This document shows positions 22,049 through 33,890 of a stretch of 64,000 nucleotides of DNA, piece after piece. This stretch comes from Ranitomeya imitator. Taxonomy: Eukaryota. A model generated the notes under the pieces. The model made no database searches and had not been told where the DNA came from. It saw only the letters and a program-made list of their open reading frames with translations. The translations under genes were made by a program, and so were the position numbers. The stretch covers positions 82,026,001 through 82,090,000 of the forward strand of contig NC_091287.1 in assembly GCF_032444005.1 (NCBI RefSeq), written 5' to 3'. The number at the start of each line of letters is the position of its first letter. Position 1 is the stretch's first letter.

Positions 22049-23428
22049 CAATCATGGTGGAAAGTGTTGTCACCCTTGAAATTGTTCCAGAAAATGAAGT
22101 ATTTCTCCATTACACATGGCAATTACACAAAAAAAATTAGAAAAAAAGCAAATCGGACATAATTTCACACAAAACTCCAAGAATGGGCCGGACAAAATTG
22201 TTGGTACTTTTCCAAAATTGTGGGTAAACAACTTTGTTTCAAGCATGTGATGCTCTTTCAAACTCACCTGGGGCAAGTAACAGGTGTGAGCAATGTGAAA
22301 ATCACACCTGAGACCAGATAAAAAGGGAAGAAATTGACCCAATGTTTGCATTGTGTGTCCGTGTGTGCCACACTAAACATAGAGAACAGAAAGAGAACTG
22401 TCTAAGGACTTGAGAGCCAAAATTGTTGAAAAATATTAACAATCTCAAGGTTACAAGTCCATCTCCAGAGATCTTGATGTTTTTTTGTCCAAGGTGCACA
22501 ACATAATCAAGAAGCTTACAACCAACCCGTGGCACTGTAGCTAATCTCCCTCGACGTGGATGGCAGAGAAAAATTGATAAAAGGTTGCAACATAGGATAG
22601 TCCGGAAGGTGGATAAGCACCCCCAATCAAGTTCCAAAGAAATTCAAGCTGTCCTACAGGCTCTAGGTGCATCAGTGTCAGTGCAAATTATCCATTGACA
22701 TTTGACTGAAATGAAACGCTATGGCGGGAGACCCTGGAGGATCCCAAGTCGGACACAGAGAAATAAAAAAAAAAGCTAGATGACAGTTGGCCAAAATGTA
22801 TGTGAGTAAAACAAAATCCTTCTGGGAAATCATCTTGTGGACAGATGAGACCAAGATAGAGCTTTATGGTAAAGCACATCATTCTACTGTTTACCGAAAT
22901 CGGGATGAGGCCTACAAAGAAAAGCACACTACCTACAGTCAAATATGATGGAGGTTCAAGGATGTTTGGGGTTGTTTTGCTGCCACTGTCACTGGATGCC
23001 TTGACTGTATGCAAGGAATCATGAAATCTGAAGATTACCAAAGGAATTTGAGTCGCAATATAGTGCCAAGTGTCAGAAAGCTGGGTTTGCATCCTAGGTC
23101 ATGGGTCTTCCAGCAGGACAATGACCCCAAACATACTTTAAGAAACACCCAGAAATGGATGGAAACAAAGCACTGGAGAGTTATGAAGTGGCCAGCAATA
23201 AATCTGGATCTAAATCCAATTGAACACTTGTGGAGGGATGTTAATATTTTTAAGAAAAGGCATCCTCCAAATATGAGAGACCTGGAGCAGTTTGCAAAAA
23301 AGAGTGGTCCATCATTCCAGTTGAGAGGTCTAACAAGCTTGTTGATGGTTATTGGAAGCAATTCATTGCAGTTATGTATTCCAAATGGTGTGCAACCAAA
23401 TATTAAGTTGAGGGTGACAACAATTTTG
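22049..23428 (+). pseudogene. Decayed Tc1/mariner element with DD34E transposase remnants
   Basis: TA followed by CAATCATGGTGGAAAGTGTTGTCACCC; partial inverted end GGGTGACAACA at ~23412. Motifs WTDETK and QQDNDPKH...NPIEHLW (34 residues between D and E). Frameshifts and stops present. Confidence 0.88.
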
Positions 23429-24178
23429 AGAAATATTGGGTCTTGTTCTTCTGGGACAAGATATACTTTATATTTATCACAGGTGCATCTAAGAAAAGTT
23501 CCGTTCTTTACAAAGGAAAGTTCTGAACTGATGGTGCTGCCTTTCATAAAATAGATTCTGATTTTATGGCAGACTAATAGAGAAATCTTCACTATTTGTC
23601 AAATTCAGAATGGTTTTTGAACTGAAATGTAAACAGAGCTCGAACCATTGGCACATGCATGGGTTTTCCCTCTTCTTTATTTCCTTTCGAGTATGCTCAC
23701 ACTGCTGTATCTATTCTCATGGGAGAAAATTGGGTCAATTATACTAATGACACTCGCCGAGTGTCTTCTGAGTGTGATATGATTCTGTCGTATGAGATAA
23801 TCAAAGCACAGTTGTGGAGAAGAAGGAGAACTTAATTTCTCCATCTTCTTTATTGTCTTTGTGTGTGTACATCGGATTACACTCTAATGACATCCGAGTG
23901 CAGTCCGATGTTTCACTCACGCCCATAGACTTGCATGGGTGTGCGTGATCCGAATATTGGAACCACTCTCAGCATACTGCATTTGTTCTCTCATGCCAAA
24001 TCAGCATGAGAACATAATCGGAGATCTGAGCTGCCCCATAGTATAACACAAGGCCAAGTGCTATATGATAAAACTAAAGAGAGCACTCAGCTGTGTTATG
24101 TGCCAGTGTGAACGAGCCCTTAAGATGTGTCCTTCTTAACACTACCCCTCCCGTCAGGAAGAGGGAGAAAGGAGAATA

Positions 24179-24325
24179 GAAAAAATTGGAGTCCGACTCA
24201 ACAGGACTGGATTTTCCTTTTCTTTTTCTTTTTCAAAAGAAAATATGCTACATACAAAAAAAAAATTTACATGGTCGACATGACCCAGTCGACGCGTTTC
24301 GACTGCACTAGGCAGTCTTACTCAT
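24179..24325 (-). mobile_element. 147-bp retroposed (Penelope-like) fragment with hammerhead-like core
   Basis: Flanked by the 14-bp direct repeat GAGAAAGGAGAATA (24165-24178 and 24326-24339). The minus strand begins ATGAGTAA-GACTGC-CTAGT-GCAGTC-GAAACGCGTC. Confidence 0.65.
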
Positions 24326-25401
24326 GAGAAAGGAGAATACTTGGAGACCCAGAAAGCACAAGAGAAAACCAGTGGAGGAGCGGTAGGTGAGTATAGATTT
24401 TTTGTTGTTGTTGTTTGACCATGATATATTATTTAGAAAAGTGTTAATCCCTTTAATGGACTGTCCCAAATTCCCAAACCAGAGAACCCTTTTAAAAATA
24501 ATCTTCATAGTTTACAACAGCCAATCTTAGCCATCGTTATTTCCGACTTCTATATTATACCAGATTACCTTGGTTACACTTTTATTCACATGCTTAAAAG
24601 TAAGCAATGACAACTAAATACAAGCAATTGTGCCACTCAGCTAAGTAATGACATCATGGGTCACAGACTCCAAGCCAATGCACCCAAACACAGACATCAT
24701 ATCTTCATTTGATAACTAAAGTCTAATTAAATAGTGGGAAAGTACATTTCAGACATTTTTGCAGTGATGGAATGGAAACAGACAACCTATCTGGCAGGGA
24801 CAGAAGTAAACCTGGACATTTTAAGATTACAGGGTGCGCATTCAAAGCCATTGACCTTGTCTAGTACTTCATTATTGAGGTGGTAATGGTAGATCACATA
24901 TGTTGGATTGAAAGCAATACTTTTATGGAGATCATGAATTTTCTACATTAATACATTTTTGTTGCGATAACTATTTGCATAGTGCCTGGTCAGCCGTTCT
25001 CTCCAATGTAGCATTAAAGTGAATTTAGTATATACAGAATAGAAACAATGCAACAGATTAATTTATACAGTCACCTAGAATGAAAAAGGACAAAGGTCCA
25101 TGAAGTATAAGCTTTATCGATCAATTGTAGATTTTTTTAATTAGATATGTTTATTAAAACCCTAAGTCATTGTCGTTTTTAAAATTCTGATATAATATTT
25201 TTCATTCCTAACTCTTGTGGTTGGGTATGCTACAGTATGATTCATCTAACAGTCAAGAACCCTTTCCTATTTATTTGTTTTAATGTGTCATTAAATCATG
25301 TGACAGGTTTCTTTTGGATTGGACTCACATCTTCATTGCAACAAAGACCTCTCATACAGTTCAATAATCTACTTGCCCGTCTTTGAACCGATTCTTGCTT
25401 C

Positions 25402-25436
<35 letters not shown>

Positions 25437-25664
25437 TTAACATGGAGCCCAAATCTACATCCCATATTCATGATGTAGTTTTACAAGAAATCTATAGAGG
25501 AGTAATATAATATTAGAGTGGAAACATGGGTTGACCTATTATTATAATACTGTAGTGCACTGGAAATCTAGTGTACCCAAAGGAGACCCACCTATTCAGG
25601 AGGACAACATGCAAATACTGTTCACATATCCATGGTAATATCAAAGACCGGATCTTCTACTTAA

Positions 25665-26198
25665 AGAAGCTCTCCCATCAAAGTTCTTATCCTCTTAACC
25701 CCTTCACCCCCGGAGCTTTTTCCGTTTTTTCGTTTTCGTTTTTCGCTCCCCTCCTTCCCAGAGCCATAACTTTTTTATTTTTCCATCAATATGGCCATGT
25801 GATGGCTTATTTTTTGCAGGACGAGATGTACTTTTGAACGACATCATTGGTTTTACCATGCCGTGTAACAGAAAACGGGAAAGAAATTCAAAGTGTGATG
25901 AAATTGCAAAAAAAGTGCAATATCACACTTGTTTTTTGTTTGGCTTTTTTTCTTGTCCTTGCACTTATCATTCCCTTCTTCAACTCTTGACCCAACTGCT
26001 CCCTCCTCCCCCTGGACTTTTGCAATGACTCATGAATCATGCAAGGAAAAGAGACTTCCTGTTTCTACATAGAGCAGAAAAGAGTGAAGAAGTTATTGGG
26101 TAAAAAGGTAAAGCGAGCAATTGTAAGTTTACAGAGCTATATAATATGGTGACTGCAATATATTAAAAGGATAAAAAAAATTTGATGAGAGTGTTTCT
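25665..26198. mobile_element. TTAA MITE copy C, interrupted by a piggyBac-like fragment
   Basis: TTAA-AGAAGCTCTCCCATCAAAG ... TTTGATGAGAGTGTTTCT-TTAA. Confidence 0.65.
25699..25960 (+). mobile_element. piggyBac-like left-end fragment
   Basis: TTAA-CCCCTTCACCCCCGG terminus inserted at a TTAA inside the MITE. Confidence 0.55.
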
Positions 26199-27889
26199 TT
26201 AATAGAAAACTTAATCTACTAGGTGATTTACACTAGCTTTCATTGTAATTTTTTGCTTTGAAAGTGCAAGTGACAACTTTTATTTACTGTCAAATGTAAA
26301 TTAGTCAGGCAGGACAACCTTTGCGCCACCCAGAGGTACAGGCCGTGATGTCTCCTACAACCGTTATGCAGCTTGCAGAGTGAAAATAGCAGCATGTGAC
26401 TACAAGGGCAGATGTTATTGGAGCAGGTCTGAGTGGAGATGTGCCTGACTGTAAAGGAGGGATTGGAGTCTGGGAAAGCCCTATAGAAGTATACATCACT
26501 GTGCACCTATCATCTTAGTTAAATTGGTTTTCCATTTTAAGAAAAGTTGACCCCAAATGCTTTTATAAAGATAACATTACAAACAGGGCAGATACCTCCA
26601 CAGTACGACATACCTGATGAAACTCACTTCATGACAGTGCCGGCACTCGGCTGCTGCTATTTTCTCAGTGTTTTGACCGCAGCGGTAATGTCATGTTGAC
26701 TGCTTATTTCACCACTGCAGCCAATCACTGAGCTCAGTGGCTCCACTTGGGTAAATGGCATGAGCTTTTGAGCTCAGTGATTGGCTGCAAGGTGATGTTC
26801 ACTGTCAACATGAGATCACTGCTACAACCAAAACACAGAGATAGGAGCCGCCGAAGAGAGACGGTGCTAGACCTATGCTAGACCTAAGGATGGTGAGTAC
26901 GTCTATGTTACATATATAAAAATCTTAAAAATGCCAAACCCCGTTTTAGTTTAGTGGAAAATAAGTTCTGTTTGTTCAATTATAGGAGTGACTGGTTGCA
27001 GCAGGGTTGATGTGAAATCAGCACTGCAGTCAGTCAGTAACAAACACAGTGGGAGCAGTGGCAGAGACTCAGTGTTGGACCCAGGGAGGGTGAGTACAGT
27101 TTGTCTTTAAGCAAACTTCACCTTTCTCTTTCTGAAAAGAGAAAACCTCCTTCTAATAGATTTTTGAGTATGTCAGGATACAAGAAATCATTCTACTGAT
27201 TATAAAGGAAAATGTAGCACCTAAATGCTTCAAGGCAGACTGTCCAGAAAAACAAACTCTGGATACCTGTTAGGAGACAAAATGTTCTATGCACTTTTCA
27301 TTGCACTATAGGACTCTTCAGGGGGTGTAAGCCGATACAATGCTTTTAATTTAACAAATCAAACTTCCTACAACAAAAACAGTGGGGGTTCATAGAAATG
27401 CAATCTGTTGGAGGGGACTTAAAAAATAATAAGGAAGCACAATATATATTTTGCTTTCTTTGGTTATGTTGGTCAACAATCCTCTAAATGTGTAAATCAA
27501 ACGATCAGGATAAGAAGGAAAATAATAGTGGAATAATTTAAAAAAAGCTCAGGTAATAAGTCAAGAACAAGTGTAAGCAGTGTCGGACCATGCTTTGGGG
27601 CCTATGAATCTGGGGGCCTAATGCCGATGGTGGCAATAGGCCCCCCTGCCATCACACTTTCAATGGTATCTGAATCATGGATACAAACACATTTCAAAAC
27701 AATGATAGAACAGGGAACCGCTGACTCCCTGTTCCTGTTCCATCAATCGCTCAGTGCATCTGAGCTCTGACATCTCAGCTCAGCGGGCGCAATCACATCG
27801 TTCCAAAAAAAACACATGCTGCAGAGACAAGAGCAGCAGGAATATGGGGAGGAGTAAAAAATTTTTTATTTTATCAATGAGTGTGGTGC

Positions 27890-28062
27890 CATCATACTGA
27901 GTGTAAGAGGATGTGGGGCAACCATACTGAGTGTAAGGGGATGTGGGGCCAACATAATGGGTGAGAGGGGATGTGGGACCAACATACTGTGTGTAAGGGG
28001 ATGTGGGGCCAACATACTGTGTGTAAGGGGATGTGGGGCCAACATACTGTGTGTAAGGTGAT
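27890..28062. repeat. 30-bp minisatellite, left part
   Basis: Unit CCAACATACTGTGTGTAAGGGGATGTGGGG. Confidence 0.9.
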
Positions 28063-28879
28063 TGTTGTGAATTCTGTGGCAGAGCTCCCTCCTGTGGTCA
28101 CAAGTGGTACTTCGGCTGATTCTCTCTATGAGCTTCCGTTGGTGGAGGAGAGTGGTACTGCGGCTTCTGAGTTTTCTTCCTCAGGTGATGTGGTGAAGTC
28201 GTTAGGTGCTGCTCTATTTAACTCCACCTAGTGCTCTGATCCTGGCCTCCAGTCAATGTTCTAGTATTGGACTTGCTTCCTCCTGGATCGTTCCTGTGGC
28301 CTGCTGCTCTGCATAGCTAAGTTCCGCTTTTGTTATTTTTGTTTGCTGTTTTTTTCTGTCCAGCTTGCTTATTTGGTTTTTCTTGCTTGCTGGAAGCTCT
28401 GGGACGCAGAGGGTGTACCTCCGTGCCGTTAGTCGGTACGGAGGGTCTTTTTGCCCCCTTTGCGTGGTTGTTTGTAGGGTTTTGTGTTGACCGCAAAGTT
28501 ATCTTTCCTATCCTCGCTCTGTTCAGAAAGTCGGGCCTCACTTTGCTAAATCTATTTCATCTCTACGTTTGTCTTTTCATCTTAACTCACAGTCATTATA
28601 TGTGGGGGCTGCCTTTTCCTTTGGGGTATTTCTCTGAGGCAAGGTAGGCTTATTTTCTATCTTCAGGCTAGCTAGTTTCTCAGGCTGTGCCGAGTTGCAT
28701 AGGGAGCGTTAGGCGCAATCCACGGCTGCCTCTAGTGTGGTTGGAGAGGATTAGGGATTGCGGTCAGCAGAGTTCCCACGTCTCAGAGCTCGTTCTATGT
28801 TTTTGGGTTATTGTCAGGTCACTGTATGTGCTCTGACTTCTATGTCCATTGTGTTACTGAATTACCTAATCTTAACAGT

Positions 28880-28889
28880 ACTGGAGGCC
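28880..28889 (+). promoter_or_regulatory. Putative self-priming primer-binding site
   Basis: ACTGGAGGCC is the exact complement of GGCCTCCAGT at 28244-28253, which lies 29 nt after the start of TATTTAA (28215). Confidence 0.6.
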
Positions 28890-29013
28890 CAAAGTACTAA
28901 TGATTCTCAATAGAAGGAAAAAAGAAGTTCTGAGACCATTTTTTTTTCTCTGCACTGTGTTTTGCCTTTTTTTTCCCCTAGACATTTGGGTGGTTCAGGA
29001 CACAGGTGTAGCG

Positions 29014-32000
29014 ATGGACATTAAAGGTCTGTCTTCATGTGTGGATCAGCTCACGGCAAGAGTACAAAATATTCAAGACTTTGTGGTTCAGAATTCTATG
29101 TTAGAACCAAGATTTCCTATTCCTGTTTTGTTTTTTTGGAGATAGAACTAAATTTCTGAGTTTCAAAAATAATTGTAAACTATTTCTGGCTTTGAAACCT
29201 CGCTCCTCTGGTGACCCAGTTCAACAAGTTAGGACCATTATTTCTTTTTTACGTGGCGACCCTCAGGACTGGGCATTTTCTCTTGCGCCAGGAGATCCTG
29301 CATTAAGTAATATTGATGCGTTTTTCCTGGCGCTCGGATTGCTGTACGATGAACCTGATTCAGTGGATCAGGCAGAGAAAAATTTGCTGGCTCTGTGTCA
29401 GGGTCAGGATGAGATTGAGGTATATTGTCAGAAATTTAGAAAGTGGTCCGTACTCACTCAATGGAATGAAGGTGCGCTCGCAGCTATTTTCAGAAAGGGT
29501 CTCTCTGAAGCCCTTAAGGATGTCATGGTGGGATTTCCTATGCCTGCTGGTCTGAATGAGTCTATGTCTTTGGCCATTCAGATCGGTCGACGCTTGCGTG
29601 AGCGTAAATCTGTGCACCATTTGGCGGTATTATCTGAGTATAAACCTGAGCCTTTGCAGTGTGATAGGACTTTGACCAGAGTTGAACGGCAAGAACACAG
29701 ACATCAGAATGGGCTGTGTTTCTACTGTGGTGATTTCACTCATGCTATCTCTGATTGTCCTAAGCGCACTAAGCGGTTCGCTAGGTCTGCCACCATTGGT
29801 ACGGTACAGTCAAAATTTCTTTTGTCCGTTACCTTGATCTGCTCTTTGTCATCTTATTCTGTCATGGCATTTGTGGATTCAGGCGCTGCCCTGAATTTGA
29901 TGGACTTGGAGTATGCTAGGCGTTGTGGGTTTTTCTTGGAGCCCTTGCAGTGTCCTATTCAATTGAGAGGAATTGATGCTACGCCTTTGGCCAAGAATAA
30001 GCCTCAGTACTGGACCCAGCTCACCATGTGCATGGCTCCTGCACATCAGGAGGTTATTCGCTTTCTGGTGTTGCATAATCTGCATGATGTGGTCGTGTTG
30101 GGGTTGCCATGGCTACAAGTCCATAATCCAGTATTAGATTGGAAATCCATGTCTGTGTCCAGCTGGGGTTGTCAGGGGTTACATGGTGATGTCCCATTTC
30201 TGTCTATTTCGTCATCCACCCCTTCTGAGGTCCCAGAGTTCTTGTCTGATTACCGGGATGTATTTGATGAGCCCAAGTCCGATACCCTACCTCCGCATAG
30301 GGATTGTGATTGTGCTATCGATTTGATTCCTGGTAGTAAATTCCCAAAAGGTCGACTGTTTAATTTATCTGTGCCTGAGCACGCCGCTATGCGGAGTTAC
30401 GTGAAGGAGTCCTTGGAGAAGGGGCATATTCGCCCTTCATCGTCGCCATTAGGAGCGGGGTTCTTTTTTGTGGCCAAGAAGGATGGTTCGCTGAGACCTT
30501 GTATAGATTACCGCCTTCTAAATAAGATCACGGTTAAATTTCAGTACCCCTTGCCGCTGTTATCTGATTTGTTTGCTCGGATTAAGGGGGCTAGTTGGTT
30601 CACCAAGATAGATCTTCGTGGTGCGTATAATCTTGTGCGTATTAAGCGAGGCGATGAATGGAAAACTGCATTTAATACGCCCGAGGGCCATTTTGAGTAC
30701 CTAGTAATGCCATTCGGACTTGCCAATGCTCCATCAGTGTTTCAGTCCTTTATGCATGACATCTTCCGAGAGTACCTGGATAAATTCCTGATTGTATACT
30801 TGGATGATATTTTGATCTTCTCGGATGATTGGGAGTCTCATGTGAAGCAGGTCAGAACGGTGTTTCAGGTCCTGCGTGCTAATTCTTTGTTTGTGAAGGG
30901 ATCAAAGTGTCTCTTTGGTGTTCAGAAGGTTTCATTTTTGGGGTTCATTTTTTCCCCTTCTACTATCGAGATGGACCCTGTTAAGGTCCAAGCCATCCAT
31001 TTTTGGACTCAGCCGACATCTCTGAAAAGTCTGCAAAAGTTCCTGGGCTTTGCTAATTTTTATCGTCGCTTCATCTGCAATTTTTCTAGTATTGCTAAAC
31101 CATTGACCGATTTGACCAAGAAGGGTGCTGATGTGGTCAATTGGTCTTCTGCTGCTGTGGAAGCTTTTCAAGAGTTGAAGCGTCGTTTTTCTTCTGCCCC
31201 TGTGTTGTGTCAACCAGATGTTTCGCTTCCATTCCAGGTCGAGGTTGATGTTTCTGAGATTGGAGCAGGGGCTGTTTTGTCGCAGAGAAGTTCTGATTGC
31301 TCGGTGATGAAACCATGCGCCTTCTTTTCCAGGAAGTTTTCGCCTGCTGAGCGAAATTATGATGTTGGCAATCGAGAGTTGCAGGCCATGAAGTGGGCAT
31401 TCGAGGAGTGGCGTCATTGGCTTGAAGGAGCTAAGCATCGCGTGGTGGTCTTGACTGATCATAAGAACTTGACTTATCTCGAGTCTGCCAAGCGGTTGAA
31501 TCCTAGACAGGCTCGTTGGTCGCTGTTTTTTGCCCGTTTGGACTTTGTGGTTTTGTACCTTCCGGGCTCTAAAAATGTGAAGGCGGATGCCCTGTCTAGG
31601 AGTTTTGTGCCCGACTCTCCGGGTTTATCTGAGCCGGCGGGTATTCTCAAAGAGGGAGTAATTGTGTCTGCCATCTCCCCTGATTTGCGGCGGGTGCTGC
31701 AAAAATTTCAGGCTAATAAACCTGATCGTTGCCCAGCGGAGAAACTGTTTGTCCCTGATAGGTGGATGAATAAAGTTATCTCTGAGGTTCATTGTTCGGT
31801 GTTGGCTGGTCATCCTGGAATCTTTGGTACCAGAGAGTTAGTGGCTAGATCCTTTTGGTGGCCATCTCTGTCACGGGATGTGCGTTCTTTTGTGCAGTCC
31901 TGTGGGATTTGTGCTCGGGCTAAGCCCTGCTGTTCTCGTGCCAGTGGGTTGCTTTTGCCCTTGCCGGTCCAGAAGAGGCCTTGGACACATATCTCTATGG

Positions 32001-33244
32001 ATTTTATTTCAGATCTTCCCGTCTCTCAAAAAATGTCAGTCATTTGGGTGGTTTGTGATCGCTTCTCTAAGATGGTCCATTTGGTACCCTTGTCTAAATT
32101 ACCTTCCTCCTCTGATTTGGTGCCATTGTTCTTCCAGCATGTGGTTCGTTTACATGGCATTCCAGAGAATATCGTTTCTGACAGAGGTTCCCAGTTTGTT
32201 TCGAGGTTTTGGCGAGCCTTTTGTGCGAGGATGGGCATTGACTTGTCTTTTTCCTCGGCTTTCCATCCTCAGACTAATGGCCAGACCGAACGAACCAATC
32301 AGACCTTGGAAACATATCTGAGATGCTTTGTTTCTGCTGATCAGGATGACTGGGTGTCCTTTTTGCCTTTGGCTGAGTTCGCCCTTAATAATCGGGCCAG
32401 CTCGGCTACCTTGGTTTCGCCGTTTTTCTGCAACTCTGGGTTCCATCCTCGTTTCTCTTCAGGGCAGGTTGAGTCTTCGGACTGTCCTGGTGTGGATACT
32501 GTGGTGGACAGGTTGCAGCAGATTTGGACTCATGTAGTGGACAATTTGACCTTGTCCCAGGAGAAGGCTCAACGTTTCGCTAATCGCAGACGCTGTGTGG
32601 GTCCCCGACTTCGTGTTGGGGATTTGGTTTGGTTGTCTTCTCGTCATATTCCTATGAAGGTTTCCTCTCCTAAGTTTAAACCTCGTTTCATTGGTCCATA
32701 TAGGATTTCTGAGGTTCTTAATCCTGTGTCTTTTCGTTTGACCCTTCCAGATTCCTTTTCCATCCATAACGTATTCCATAGGTCATTGTTGCGGAGATAC
32801 GTGGCACCTATGGTTCCATCTGTTGATCCTCCTGCCCCGGTTTTGGTGGAGGGGGAGTTGGAGTATATTGTGGAGAAGATTTTGGATTCTCGTGTTTCAA
32901 GACGGAAACTCCAGTATCTGGTTAAGTGGAAGGGTTATGCTCAGGAAGATAATTCCTGGGTTTTTGCCTCTGATGTCCATGCTCCCGATCTTGTTCGTGC
33001 CTTTCATGTGGCTCGTCCTGGTCGTCCTGGGGGCTCTGGTGAGGGTTCAGTGACCCCTCCTCAAGGAGGGGGTACTGTTGTGAATTCTGTGGCAGAGCTC
33101 CCTCCTGTGGTCACAAGTGGTACTTCGGCTGATTCTCTCTATGAGCTTCCGTTGGTGGAGGAGAGTGGTACTGCGGCTTCTGAGTTTTCTTCCTCAGGTG
33201 ATGTGGTGAAGTCGTTAGGTGCTGCTCTATTTAACTCCACCTAG
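29014..33244 (+). CDS. Gag-pol polyprotein (Gag, CCHC knuckle, protease, RT, RNase H, integrase, chromodomain); one frameshift in T7 run at 29131-29137
   Basis: Motifs CFYCGDFTHAISDC, FVDSGA, YLDD, HCSVLAGHPG..C..C, SDRGSQF, GQTERTN, GPY, and EYIVEKILDS..YLVKWKGY..NSW. The upstream frame MDIKGLSS..IPVLFF joins GDRTKF with a 1-nt shift. Confidence 0.92.
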
Positions 33245-33890
33245 TGCTCTGATCCTGGCCTCCAGTCAATGTTCTAGTATTGGACTTGCTTCCTCCTGGA
33301 TCGTTCCTGTGGCCTGCTGCTCTGCATAGCTAAGTTCTGCTTTTGTTATTTTTGTTTGCTGTTTTTTTCTGTCCAGCTTGCTTATTTGGTTTTTTTTGCT
33401 TGCTGGAAGCTCTGGGACGCAGAGGGTGTACCTCCGTGCCATTAGTCGGTACGGAGGGTCTTTTTGCCCCCTTTGCGTGGTTGTTTGTAGGGCTTTGTGT
33501 TGACCGCAAAGTTACCTTTCCTATCCTCGCTCTGTTCAGAAAGTCGGGCCTCACTTTGCTAAATCTATTTCATCTCTACGTTTGTCTTTTCATCTTAACT
33601 CACAGTCATTATATGTGGGGGCTGCCTTTTCCTTTGGGGTATTTCTCTGAGGCAAGGTAGGCTTATTTTCTATCGTCAGGCTAGCTAGTTTCTCAGGCTG
33701 TGCCGAGTTGCATAGGGAGCGTTAGGCGCAATCCACGGCTGCCTCTAGTGTTGTTGGAGAGGATTAGGGATTGCGGTCAGTAGAGTTCCCACGTCTCAGA
33801 GCTCGTTCTATGTTTTTGGGTTATTGTCAGGTCACTGTATGTGCTCTGACTTCTATATCCATTGTGGTACTGAATTACCTAATCTTAACA

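Larger units (their letters stand above)
28063..33890 (+). mobile_element. Full-length Ty3/Gypsy chromovirus (Tf1/sushi-like) LTR retrotransposon
   Basis: Two 815-bp LTRs (28063-28877 and 33076-33890; TGTT...AACA) differing at about 10 positions by hand alignment. Polypurine tract AAGGAGGGGG at 33063. Single gag-pol frame. Confidence 0.95.

Noticed and set aside
26240-26506. Possible host exons (also ~24765, 37490-37650, 38230-38420, 50929-51192 and 59081-59160)
   Set aside because: Short open frames with only partial splice signals and no recognisable protein similarity; cannot be supported without RNA-seq or homology.
28330-28647. Duplicated hydrophobic 105-aa ORF (also 33343-33660)
   Set aside because: It lies inside the two LTRs; T-rich composition explains the hydrophobicity.
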